Shown: piece by piece, positions 38,011 through 46,655 of the stretch
How the letters are laid out: each line of letters opens with the position of its first letter
Numbering within the stretch: position 1 is the stretch's first letter
Assembly (NCBI GenBank): GCA_903831095.1
Contig: CAIKWD010000026.1
Span: 29,290-93,289 of the forward strand
Direction: 5' to 3'
Source: Candidatus Staskawiczbacteria bacterium
GTDB lineage: Bacteria; Patescibacteriota; Minisyncoccia; Minisyncoccales; Staskawiczbacteraceae
Length of the DNA: 64,000 nucleotides
Program-made: the position numbers and the translations under genes
The notes under the pieces: model-generated
The model's input: only the letters and a program-made list of their open reading frames with translations
Database searches by the model: none
What the model was told of the DNA's origin: nothing

Positions 38011-38487
38011 ATGATAATAAAAGATATGAAGATATATTCGGAAAATAAAAAGGCTGGATTTAATTATGAAATATTAGAACGATTTGAGTCGGGGCTGGTT
38101 TTGTTTGGCCAAGAAGTAAAGTCTATAAGAACTGGGCATATAAATTTAGCTGGATCTTTTGTAACTTTAAAGCCACAAACTGGCGGAGGTTATCCAGAGC
38201 CATACTTGGTGGGAGTAAAAATACCTCCCTACCAGCCAAATAATGCTGGGGCAGACTACAATGAAGACCGCCCACGAAAGCTTCTTTTGAACAAAAAAGA
38301 GATAGTTTATCTTGCAGGAAAGTCAAAACAAGCGGGTTTTTCACTTATACCCTTGAAAATTTATGACAACAGTGGTAGAATAAAACTCGAATTCGGATTA
38401 GCTAAAGGAAAGAAGAAATACGACAAAAAAGAGAAAATAAAGAAGCGCGACGTAGAGCGCGAAGTTAATCGTGAATTATCGGCCTAA
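38011..38487 (+). CDS. smpB: SsrA-binding protein SmpB
   Basis: 158 aa; KKAGFNYEILERFESGLVLFGQEVKSIRTG is the SmpB signature. The true start may be the Met at 38026. Confidence 0.9.
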   Translation: MIIKDMKIYSENKKAGFNYEILERFESGLVLFGQEVKSIRTGHINLAGSFVTLKPQTGGGYPEPYLVGVKIPPYQPNNAGADYNEDRPRKLLLNKKEIVYLAGKSKQAGFSLIPLKIYDNSGRIKLEFGLAKGKKKYDKKEKIKKRDVEREVNRELSA

Positions 38488-38497
38488 TCGCCCACAT

Positions 38498-38852
38498 GGG
38501 GATGATTGTTTCGATGGATTGTTCTTTAAAGTAAGGCAAGTTGAGCTTTCTTGGGGCTCATTAATCTCCTGAGAAAAAACATAATTGCTAATTTATTTAA
38601 CTTTAATAAGCAACCAGCTTTAGCTTTTGCTTAAGCTGCATCCTTACCGATGATTCCTAATGGGCGGATCAAGGGTGTTATATTATTAGGATAGGCATCT
38701 TCATTCTCCGGGGAAATGCCAAAACTAAGGAGATAAAGCATTAAAAATTTTGCTAATTTTTTATTTAATGCTCGAAAAACAAAATCAGCTAAACTTGTAG
38801 AATTGCTTTTGAGAATTTTTCAGACGCGGTTTCAATACCGCCATCTCCACCA
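38498..38852 (+). ncRNA. ssrA: tmRNA (ssrA), about 355 nt
   Basis: 5' GGGGAUGAUUGUUUCGAUGG and 3' GACGCGGUUUCAAUACCGCCAUCUCCACCA (T-arm, acceptor, CCA). Acceptor pairing GGGGAUG/CAUCUCC. A candidate tag ORF reads ...GCU AAU UUA UUU AAC UUU AAU AAG CAA CCA GCU UUA GCU UUU GCU UAA (ANLFNFNKQPALAFA). It lies immediately downstream of smpB. Confidence 0.85.
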
Positions 38853-38874
38853 ATAATTAAAATATTCAAATACA

Positions 38875-39381
38875 TTGGATAAAGTATTAATCAACAACTA
38901 TATAAGGGCTAAAGAGGTACGAGTAATTTCAGAAACAGGTGAACAACTTGGAGTAATGAATATTTTTCAAGCAATTGATTTAGCAAAATCAAAAGGTTTG
39001 GATTTAATTCAGGTGACTGAAAAAGTTGAACCTCCAGTCTGTAGAATTGCCAACTACGGAAAATACCTTTACCAGCAACAAAAAAAGGAAAAGAAAATGT
39101 CAAAACCAAAAGGCGGAGACTTGAAAGAAATAAGGCTAACATTTGGCATTTCCCCACACGACATGGAAGTCAGGGCAAATCAAGCAAAGAAATTCTTAGA
39201 TGACGGAGATAAAGTAAAAATAAACATGTCTCTTAGAGGAAGAGAAAAAGCAATGGGACAATTTGCAACAGACAAAGTAAAATTATTTCTAGAAAATTTA
39301 AATACATTAATACCAATTAAAACTGAAAGAGAGCTAAAGCGTGAGCCCAGAGGATTCACAATGATAGTCTCTAAACAGTAA
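38875..39381 (+). CDS. infC: Translation initiation factor IF-3
   Basis: 168 aa, IF3 N- and C-domains (IRAKEVRVISETGEQLGV...). It has a non-AUG (TTG) start, as is common for infC. Confidence 0.85.
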   Translation: MDKVLINNYIRAKEVRVISETGEQLGVMNIFQAIDLAKSKGLDLIQVTEKVEPPVCRIANYGKYLYQQQKKEKKMSKPKGGDLKEIRLTFGISPHDMEVRANQAKKFLDDGDKVKINMSLRGREKAMGQFATDKVKLFLENLNTLIPIKTERELKREPRGFTMIVSKQ

Positions 39382-39388
39382 ACATAAC

Positions 39389-39577
39389 ATGAATAAGACA
39401 AAAAAAGCCTTAGTGAAAAGATTCAAGATAACCAAAAATGGCAAAATCTTGAGAAGAGTAACTGGCCAAAACCACTATAGGTCGAAAAAAACAGGAGAAC
39501 AGAAGAGAAAAGGTCGCAAATGGATCACTCTCTCTGTAAAAGAGGCTGGAAGAATAAAAAAGTTTTTAACCAAATAA
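39389..39577 (+). CDS. rpmI: 50S ribosomal protein L35
   Basis: 62 aa, highly basic, KRFKITKNGKILRRVTGQNHY. Confidence 0.85.
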   Translation: MNKTKKALVKRFKITKNGKILRRVTGQNHYRSKKTGEQKRKGRKWITLSVKEAGRIKKFLTK

Positions 39578-39687
39578 ATTTAAACCGCGACGAATAAAGA
39601 GTTCAGCGTAAATTGGGCCTAGATGTATTAGATTATAATCAGCCCAACTTCCGAAGCAATCTTGTTCGCCTCGCTCACAAGACCGTG
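39578..39687 (+). promoter_or_regulatory. Structured rpmI-rplT spacer / rplT leader with hairpin AATTGGGC(39611-39618)/GCCCAA(39642-39647), including the GTG start
   Basis: A 107-nt spacer unusual for this operon. It is about 95% identical over roughly 90 nt to the inverted copy at 47126-47240. Confidence 0.6.
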
Positions 39688-40032
39688 TCACGAGTAAAAA
39701 GATCAGTACAAGCCCGCAAGCACAGGAAAAACATTTTAAAGCATGCTAAGGGTTTTAGACAAGCAAGAAATTCTAAATTTAAAGCCGCTAAAGATGCCTT
39801 GAGGCATGCTTGGTCTTATGCATTTAGAGACAGGAGAGTGAAAAAGAGAACCTTCAGAAACCTCTGGAACTTACAAATTAATGCTTTGGCCAGGGAAAAC
39901 GGCATAACATACAGCAGGTTCATTGAAGGATTAAAAAAGCACAAGATAGAATTGGACAGAAAAGTTTTATCAGAATTGGCAAACACTTATCCAGAAGTAT
40001 TTATAAAAATAGTGGAAGAAGTAAAAAAATAA
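39685..40032 (+). CDS. rplT: 50S ribosomal protein L20
   Basis: (V)SRVKRSVQARKHRKNILKHAKGFRQ matches the L20 N-terminus from the GTG at 39685. The ORF-track TTG start at 39613 adds a non-homologous extension and is rejected. Confidence 0.85.
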   Translation: MSRVKRSVQARKHRKNILKHAKGFRQARNSKFKAAKDALRHAWSYAFRDRRVKKRTFRNLWNLQINALARENGITYSRFIEGLKKHKIELDRKVLSELANTYPEVFIKIVEEVKK

Positions 40033-40039
40033 TTACAAT

Positions 40040-40076
40040 AAAAGAACCGCTCTCTAAAAGAGGCGGTTTTGTTTTA
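40040..40076. terminator. Bidirectional terminator (ACCGCTCTCT-AAA-AGAGGCGGT plus T-runs) between rplT and the NUDIX gene
   Basis: A hairpin with one mismatch, followed by TTTTGTTTT. Confidence 0.6.
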
Positions 40077-40544
40077 TTATTTTAAAGCAAGCACAAAATC
40101 ATTTGCCTTTTCCAATAGTTTTTTTGAATTTTTGAACGTTGTTTTTTTAACAGCTTCGTTAATTGGGAGCCAAACAAATCCTATGTGTTCATCAGAAATT
40201 TTAACATCCTTTGTTTTAGTTTCTGCCAAGAAAAAAACTACTAATTTAAAAACCCAAGGCGCTTTTTTCTTTGCCTCCCCTTCCAAGCCATAGCTTTTTC
40301 TGAAAAAGTACTTCTCTAATTCCTTAAATCCAGATATTATATTTAAATCTAAAATACCAGTTTCTTCGGCAATTTCTCTTTTTGCTGTTTCAAGTTCTGT
40401 TTCTCCTTCCTCAACATGACCTTTGGCAAAACCCCACTGCCCCTTTTTACCTTCATTGGACGGTGTATAATGCAAAAGCAGATAGTAAGGTATGCTATTT
40501 TCCATTCTATATATTATAGCTCCAGCTGATTTTTCTTTAGGCAT
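40077..40544 (-). CDS. NUDIX hydrolase
   Basis: 155 aa with the Nudix box GHVEEGETELETAKREIAEETGI. Confidence 0.8.
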   Translation of the reverse strand: MPKEKSAGAIIYRMENSIPYYLLLHYTPSNEGKKGQWGFAKGHVEEGETELETAKREIAEETGILDLNIISGFKELEKYFFRKSYGLEGEAKKKAPWVFKLVVFFLAETKTKDVKISDEHIGFVWLPINEAVKKTTFKNSKKLLEKANDFVLALK

Positions 40545-42308
40545 TTATTTAAAATAATCTAATAATTTTTCAACTGACAATGTATTTATTATATCTCCTT
40601 TTTCTGCCCATCCACGTCTGGCTTGCCCCACTCCATATTCCATAAAGCTTAGGTGCTCTTTTTGATGGCTATCTGTGTTAATAATCATTTTTATACCCTT
40701 TGCTTTTGCTCTCCTAATATTAAACCCATTTAAATCTAACCTTTTTGGAGTGGCATTAATTTCTAAAACAGTCCCAGTTTCTTTGGCAACTTCTAAAATC
40801 TTTTCAAAATCCATTTGATACTCTTCCCTCTCGTTAATAAGTCTACCCGTTGGATGAGAAATAATATCAACATTAGGATTCTGCATCGCTTTTACAATCC
40901 TGTCTGTCATTTCCTTTTGTCCCATTTTCATTGAAGAATGTACTCCAGCAATAACATAATCTAACTTTTCCAAAACTTCGTCCTTAATATCAATCGAGCC
41001 GTCATTTAAAATATTCGCCTCACATCCATGCAATATTATAAACTTAATTCCTTGCTTTTTTAATTTATTATTTATTTCTTCTATTATCTCATGTTGTTTC
41101 AAAAGTCCTTTTTCATCTAAACCATCATCAATTTTCAAAAATTTAGTATGGTCTGAAATCCCAATATACTCATATTCTAAATCTATGGCTTTTTGTGCTA
41201 TTTCTTCAATTAATTTTTCAGCATTATTTGAATGACGAGCTTCATCCGGCTTTGAATGGCAATGTAGATCACCCTTTATATCTTTTAACTCTACTAAAAT
41301 TGGTAAAAATCCATTTAAAGCAGCTTTTATTTCTCCGTCATCCTCACGCAGTTCTGGAGCTATATATGACAATCCAAGAACATTATAAACATCTTCTTCT
41401 GTCTTGCCAGCTATTTGTTTATTACCTTTGAAAATTCCATATTCAGAAAGCTTCAGACCTTTTGTAATGGCAATTTTTCTAGTGGCAATATTATGTTCTT
41501 TAGATCCTGTAAAATATTGAAGAGCCGAACCAAAACTTTCTTTCTTTACCATTCTCAAATCAACATCAAAACCCATTTTTAGCCTAACAGAGCATTTTGT
41601 TAGACCCTCGGCCCAAACTTTTTTAACTTCAGGCAAGTTAACAAAAAAATCAGCTGTTTTCTTGGAATTTTCCGATACAACCAAAATATCAATATCCCCT
41701 ATTGTTTCCTTTTGACGCCTAACTGAACCTGCCACGCTTATTTCTTTTATTTCTTTTTGTTTTTTTAAGCTGTTTATTATTTCCTTAACAGTTGGCATAA
41801 TATCTCCCAATAAAAATCTTCCTTTGTTCTGCTTTAGAAATTCCAAACCCTGCACAATATTCTTTTCTGTTTTTTCTCCAAAACCAAATAAAGGAGCTAT
41901 TTTATGTGCTTTAACGGCCTTAGTTAAATCTTTCAAATCCTTAATCCCCAATTTTTGATAAAGAGTTTTTATTTTCTTAGGGCCAATTCCTTCAACTTTC
42001 AGTAACTCGTCTACCTTCAAAGGGAGTTTATTTTTAAGATCTTCAAAATGCTTTATTCTCCCAGTTTTTAAATATTCTTCAATTCCTTTGGCTATTCCTT
42101 CTCCAACTCCCGGGATTTCTTCAAGCGCCTTTAATCCGCCATTTCTATATATCTCCGCTACATCTTCCTTGTAATTTTCCAATAAAAGAGCTACTTTCCT
42201 ATATGCATAAGGTTTAAAACTAACTCCATCTATTTCCAAATAGTCTGCTATTTCAAAAAATATTTTAGCTAATTCCTGATTCTTCATAAAATAATTACGG
42301 CTCAACAA
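40545..42308 (-). CDS. polX: DNA polymerase X family protein with a C-terminal PHP domain
   Basis: 587 aa with HhH motifs, a pol-beta nucleotidyltransferase core (GSVRRQKETIGDIDILV) and a PHP domain (HCHSKPD...). Confidence 0.85.
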   Translation of the reverse strand: MLSRNYFMKNQELAKIFFEIADYLEIDGVSFKPYAYRKVALLLENYKEDVAEIYRNGGLKALEEIPGVGEGIAKGIEEYLKTGRIKHFEDLKNKLPLKVDELLKVEGIGPKKIKTLYQKLGIKDLKDLTKAVKAHKIAPLFGFGEKTEKNIVQGLEFLKQNKGRFLLGDIMPTVKEIINSLKKQKEIKEISVAGSVRRQKETIGDIDILVVSENSKKTADFFVNLPEVKKVWAEGLTKCSVRLKMGFDVDLRMVKKESFGSALQYFTGSKEHNIATRKIAITKGLKLSEYGIFKGNKQIAGKTEEDVYNVLGLSYIAPELREDDGEIKAALNGFLPILVELKDIKGDLHCHSKPDEARHSNNAEKLIEEIAQKAIDLEYEYIGISDHTKFLKIDDGLDEKGLLKQHEIIEEINNKLKKQGIKFIILHGCEANILNDGSIDIKDEVLEKLDYVIAGVHSSMKMGQKEMTDRIVKAMQNPNVDIISHPTGRLINEREEYQMDFEKILEVAKETGTVLEINATPKRLDLNGFNIRRAKAKGIKMIINTDSHQKEHLSFMEYGVGQARRGWAEKGDIINTLSVEKLLDYFK

Positions 42309-42939
42309 CTGGCTTTTCTCCAGAGAAAGTAGCCTTGTGCCTATTTCTAGAAAAAATATTATTTTTAACGAACAAAAATATGAATGCGGATAAAAAAGTA
42401 AAAATACTCACAATTATAAAAAGATTTTCAAATCCGATTTCTTTTACCAATAACCCGCTTAATCCACCAGCTATTCCAGCTCCAGTTCCAATGGCAGTAG
42501 TTTCTAAACTCCATTCAAATGCTTCTCTACCTTTATCTATGTGACGCGTAAATATTGCCAGCCATGACGGGAGAGCCATTGCCATACCAGCTGCATAAAC
42601 TACCTGTAAAATATATATGTGCAATGGCATAGTTGAATAAATATATCCTACAGGTACTAAAGATATAATTAACATTCCTACAAACATAAACCAAAAATCG
42701 TCTTTTTCACCGTGGTTCTTGTCTAAATAAATTGCTACTGGTATTTCAAAAAAAGATTTTGGTATCCAGTAAAAAAGAGCTGCCAAACCTGCTATTTCAG
42801 CAACCTGAACAGCACCAGTATTGGAAATTTTCTGCAATATGAAAATAGCAAATATTGGTGACAAAAGACCCCATCCTAAATTCAAAAACAAATCACTTAT
42901 CACTAATGTTTTTATGACTTTGTTTATAAGTTTTGCCAT
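42295..42939 (-). CDS. Six-TM membrane protein resembling half of an MFS transporter
   Basis: 214 aa with six hydrophobic segments. No N-terminal partner half lies upstream. Confidence 0.45.
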   Translation of the reverse strand: MAKLINKVIKTLVISDLFLNLGWGLLSPIFAIFILQKISNTGAVQVAEIAGLAALFYWIPKSFFEIPVAIYLDKNHGEKDDFWFMFVGMLIISLVPVGYIYSTMPLHIYILQVVYAAGMAMALPSWLAIFTRHIDKGREAFEWSLETTAIGTGAGIAGGLSGLLVKEIGFENLFIIVSIFTFLSAFIFLFVKNNIFSRNRHKATFSGEKPVVEP

Positions 42940-43004
42940 ATTTTCTAATAAAATTAATTACCAATTTATTCATATATTATAGATACAGGAGAAACAAAAG
43001 TAAA

Positions 43005-43075
43005 CCCCGTTAGAAAATATTTCTAACGGGGTAAACAAAAACAGCCCTTTTAAAAGCTGTTCATTGAAGCTTTTA
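43005..43075 (-). terminator. Tandem intrinsic terminators downstream of the HD gene
   Basis: A 12-bp stem CCCCGTTAGAAA/TTTCTAACGGGG and a second hairpin ACAGC.../...GCTGT, each followed by T-runs on the minus strand. Confidence 0.55.
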
Positions 43076-43185
43076 AATACTATCCCCAGTGGGAAATACC
43101 ATTAATTCTTCTTGCAACCAAAATTATTGTGCTTATCCCAAAAATTACCAAGCTTATTCTAGCTAAAATATCCAAAAAAATCATA

Positions 43186-43815
43186 CTATTTTCCTTTATA
43201 AAATTCTTTACTAATATTTTCTATAAACTCAAGCAAAATAGGATCATCATGAAGTTCGTGAGCTCTTATCCAAAAGGAATCCAACGGAGGTTTTTTATAT
43301 GCTCTCCAATATTCAGCAGCCTGCAAAAAACTTTCAATTTTGTCTACATGCTTAAAAAACTTTCCTTCAGGACTGGACTCATTTTCACATTCTAACCAAA
43401 GGCTTCGCATTTCAGATTTCATCTTTGGAGATAAACTACTTATTATTCTTTCCAAGCCTTCGCTCTCTCTATTATACTTTTCCTTTGCTAATCTAATTTT
43501 TTCTTTTGCAGAAAATCTTGGCCATGTTTTCAAAAGCTCCTGTCTTTTCTTTTTGTCCTTTGGCAAAATTGAATCATATGGTGTTGAATCTCCAGCATAA
43601 ACTTCGCATATGTCATGGACCAAAGCAATTTTCAAAAGCTTTTCCAAATTAAGCTTCTTGTGTTTTTTGCTGGCCAAAACCCAAGCCATCATTGCTGACC
43701 TAAATGTATGCTCGGCTATACTTTCAGGATTTTTTATATCCCTAATAACCCAGCCACGCCTTGGCATGCCTTTTAATTTTCCTACTTCTGATAAAAATTT
43801 GATTATTTCTTTCAT
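43186..43815 (-). CDS. HD-domain phosphohydrolase (YfbR-like 5'-deoxynucleotidase family)
   Basis: 209 aa with an HD motif (VHDICEVYAGD). Confidence 0.75.
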   Translation of the reverse strand: MKEIIKFLSEVGKLKGMPRRGWVIRDIKNPESIAEHTFRSAMMAWVLASKKHKKLNLEKLLKIALVHDICEVYAGDSTPYDSILPKDKKKRQELLKTWPRFSAKEKIRLAKEKYNRESEGLERIISSLSPKMKSEMRSLWLECENESSPEGKFFKHVDKIESFLQAAEYWRAYKKPPLDSFWIRAHELHDDPILLEFIENISKEFYKGK

Positions 43816-43897
43816 ACTTGTTTCTTATAACTTTACTTTCTAACAAAGAAAATATTTAGTCAAGCAAAAAGAGCAAAAAATTGCTCTTCTTGAGTTT

Positions 43898-44509
43898 CTA
43901 ACTGACTTCGTACTTTATATTTTTTATTTTGTAGGTTATTTTTATTGGAGAAGAAACAACAACTGCGTCTCCGACCTTGTGCCCTAACAAAGCTTTGCCA
44001 ACAGGCGATTCATTGCTTATCTTTCCCAATGCTGGATTAGCTTCCAAGGTACCCATAATTACAAATTCATCTTTTTGCCCGTCTACAGATATTAAAACTT
44101 TAGCTCCAAGCCCAATAACACCTTTTTGATCTTTAGGTGGATTTTTAATAAGCTGATGACGGTCGATAATATTTTTTAATTCATCAATTCTAGACCTTAA
44201 AAAACCGACATCCTCCTGGAAACTTACAAATTCCGGATTCAAATCTTCAGATTCCAAAATTTTTGGGGCCTCTTGGTCCAAGGATTTCTTGTGCTCTAAA
44301 CTTACAAGATCTTCATACTCTTTTTTTATTTCCTTAAGTTTGCCCTTTGTTATGTAAAAAGTTTTTCCGTCCATTTTTATTACTTTAATTATATGGCTTT
44401 TCCATTTCTGTGGGTAATTAGAATAATATTCCTCTATGCCCAAAATGTCAATCCTTTTTTGAAAATATCTTAATTTTCCCATATACGCCGTCATATCCTG
44501 GTTCGACAA
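43898..44509 (-). CDS. greA: GreA/GreB family transcript cleavage factor-like protein (divergent N-terminus)
   Basis: The C-terminal 80 aa match the GreA FKBP-like domain (ISNESPVGKALLGHKVGDAVVV...). The start overlaps the upstream gene. Confidence 0.6.
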   Translation of the reverse strand: MSNQDMTAYMGKLRYFQKRIDILGIEEYYSNYPQKWKSHIIKVIKMDGKTFYITKGKLKEIKKEYEDLVSLEHKKSLDQEAPKILESEDLNPEFVSFQEDVGFLRSRIDELKNIIDRHQLIKNPPKDQKGVIGLGAKVLISVDGQKDEFVIMGTLEANPALGKISNESPVGKALLGHKVGDAVVVSSPIKITYKIKNIKYEVS

Positions 44510-45686
44510 AAACCTTGCCCTCCCTCATTTTTATCACTCCCTTGGCAATTTTTGACAAAGAATTTACTTTTATTTCCTCTTCTGTGGCCTCTAGAAGTAT
44601 TTTAATTTCCGAACCTAAATTATCTATTAATTTATTATAATATTTTAATACCTCCTTGGAAAGTGCAGAAACTCCTATTGATTCTGCAATTATCTCATTA
44701 AGTGGAATCAGACTCTTAAATGGAACTACATTTTTAGGAACAAACCCCTCTGGTCTATCGGCTAATTCTTCAACTCTGTTTAAAACTCCAATAACTAAGG
44801 GCTTTTTGCACTTTGGACAAATATTGTTGTATTTTTTTGACTGCTGAGGTTTCAAACTTAATTTACAAGATTTATGTCCATCATAATGATATTTGCCACC
44901 TTCAGGAAAAAATTCTATTGTACACAAAAATTTCTTATTATTTTTATTTTTTACAACATCCATGATACCTTTATAACTTAGTTCTGTATCAAAAACATTG
45001 GCTTCTCTACCAATTTTAGAAAGCGAATGGGCATCACTGTTTGAAACCAAATTAATTTTATCCAACTTTGACAGTCTCCAATTCATAGCCGGGTCAGAAC
45101 ATAATCCTGTTTCAATTGCATAAATATTTTTTGTCTGTTCCTCAAAGCATTCCTCCAAAGAATCAAACCCAGATTTTGACCCAAAAATAGCAAACCATGG
45201 CGTCCAAACGTGAGCTGGAATTATTAAGCAATTTTTATCTGCCTTTATAATAATCTTTACTAATTCTTTAGCGTCTAAACCTAAAATTGGCCGGCCATCT
45301 GCTTTTAGATTCCCTATCTGACCTAATCTTTTATTTATTTTTTCTACAGTATTTATAGAGGGTGCTAAAACAATAATATGAATCTTTCTAACTTTGCCTC
45401 CCCCGCCTTGACTCGACGAGGCAGGCTTAGAATAAATACAGCTTATTTCAGAACTTAAAACAAATCTAGTGCCAATATCAGATCCCTTCAGCTTAAAAAG
45501 GCCCCATTCTGCGGGGCGCAATTTACTTTTTATTTCCTTTAGCCATTTGGGGTGTGTAAAATCTCCAGTACCCAAAACATCAATTCCTTTTATTTTCGCC
45601 CACTTATCTAAATTAACCAAATTCATTAAGGGCGAAACTGCCCTGGAATATTTTGAGTGAATGTGAAAATCAGCTGTAAACTTCAT
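44448..45686 (-). CDS. endoQ: Endonuclease Q-like PHP-domain nuclease (COG1379)
   Basis: DFHIHSKYSRAVS, GTGD, PAHVWTPW, SNSDAHS, a CPKC zinc finger and a C-terminal GYDGVYGKIKIF line up with archaeal EndoQ motifs. Confidence 0.75.
   Translation of the reverse strand: MKFTADFHIHSKYSRAVSPLMNLVNLDKWAKIKGIDVLGTGDFTHPKWLKEIKSKLRPAEWGLFKLKGSDIGTRFVLSSEISCIYSKPASSSQGGGGKVRKIHIIVLAPSINTVEKINKRLGQIGNLKADGRPILGLDAKELVKIIIKADKNCLIIPAHVWTPWFAIFGSKSGFDSLEECFEEQTKNIYAIETGLCSDPAMNWRLSKLDKINLVSNSDAHSLSKIGREANVFDTELSYKGIMDVVKNKNNKKFLCTIEFFPEGGKYHYDGHKSCKLSLKPQQSKKYNNICPKCKKPLVIGVLNRVEELADRPEGFVPKNVVPFKSLIPLNEIIAESIGVSALSKEVLKYYNKLIDNLGSEIKILLEATEEEIKVNSLSKIAKGVIKMREGKVFVEPGYDGVYGKIKIFSKKD
45397..45428. repeat. 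Possible third GC-rich in-frame insert (encodes PASSSQGGGG in the EndoQ-like gene)
   Basis: gcctcccccgccttgactcgacgaggcaggc is a roughly 30-nt GC island. It corresponds to an insertion relative to archaeal EndoQ between the conserved C and the HHLLIFP block. Confidence 0.35.
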
Positions 45687-45689
45687 CTT

Positions 45690-46655
45690 TTAAATAAGCC
45701 CTCCTTGATAATTTAACTTATAAATACTCTTTTCATGCACAGATATTTCCTCCTGCCCAAAAAATTCATCCAAATTACCCTGGCCTTTGTCGCTATACAC
45801 CAGCTCTCTCTTTTCATATTTACATTCTCCACCAAACCTGCATTTTTCCGCCAACTTGAAAAGTGATTCCTTCAAAAATTCCGTTTCCAATTTCCCAAGT
45901 TTTTTTCCAACGTAATTCATGCCCCAAATTGGCTTTGACTCAAGATAAATTATTTCCTGACCCATGCGTTTTTCATCTCCAGAAAAATAAACATCTCGAT
46001 AAAAATAATCGCCCTTCTGAAACTCAAACTCATAAGATGCCAAAAGTCTTTGGTTTCCAATACTGGAAGCTCCAGAGGCATAGGTATTTCTACGAGCCTC
46101 GCATAGAAATTCTTTCAAGCTAGATAAATTTATAGATTTTTTTTCATATTCGTTTTCTCCAAAATCAAACTTCCCGCCTTTCTCCAGAGAATCCAATATA
46201 AATTTTCCCAATCCTTTTGTAAGTACAACAAATTTGGAATATTCATTTTTGTTCTTTGTATCTAGTGGAACACCAAATTCCAACATTTTTTCGCCACCTT
46301 CAGATTGCACAATTTTTGCAGTATCTTTAAGGTGCAAAGATGGAACAAGCCATATAGAATCACTTATCTTTTGCCTTATTTCATCAAAATAAACAAACAG
46401 CAAGTAAAAATTTTTATCCGCTTTAAATTTATCCTTTAAAAAATCTTTTATAAAAGTTTCACCTTCAACAGGCCCAACAAGGCTGTTAATCTGAAAATAA
46501 ACTGCTCCTTCCTTGTAATTTCCCCTTCTTTCCACAGCCAAATCAGCGCCAAATTTATTTTTTTCTGGCTTTACAATAATCAACCGTCCATTAACCCCAG
46601 CATTTATACAGTCAATAACCTTGTCTTCAATTTCTTCTTGTATGTTGCTTGTCAT
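45690..46655 (-). CDS. Hypothetical protein (321 aa), operonic with the EndoQ-like gene
   Basis: It abuts its neighbours with 0-3 nt gaps. No motif recognised. Confidence 0.45.
   Translation of the reverse strand: MTSNIQEEIEDKVIDCINAGVNGRLIIVKPEKNKFGADLAVERRGNYKEGAVYFQINSLVGPVEGETFIKDFLKDKFKADKNFYLLFVYFDEIRQKISDSIWLVPSLHLKDTAKIVQSEGGEKMLEFGVPLDTKNKNEYSKFVVLTKGLGKFILDSLEKGGKFDFGENEYEKKSINLSSLKEFLCEARRNTYASGASSIGNQRLLASYEFEFQKGDYFYRDVYFSGDEKRMGQEIIYLESKPIWGMNYVGKKLGKLETEFLKESLFKLAEKCRFGGECKYEKRELVYSDKGQGNLDEFFGQEEISVHEKSIYKLNYQGGLI

Noticed and set aside
39613-39684. ORF-track N-terminal extension of rplT from a TTG at 39613 (MGLDVLDYNQPNF...)
   Set aside because: The extension has no similarity to L20, whereas the GTG at 39685 gives the canonical L20 N-terminus (MSRVKRSVQARKHRK). 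The extended region is instead a conserved non-coding leader that is duplicated at 47126-47240.
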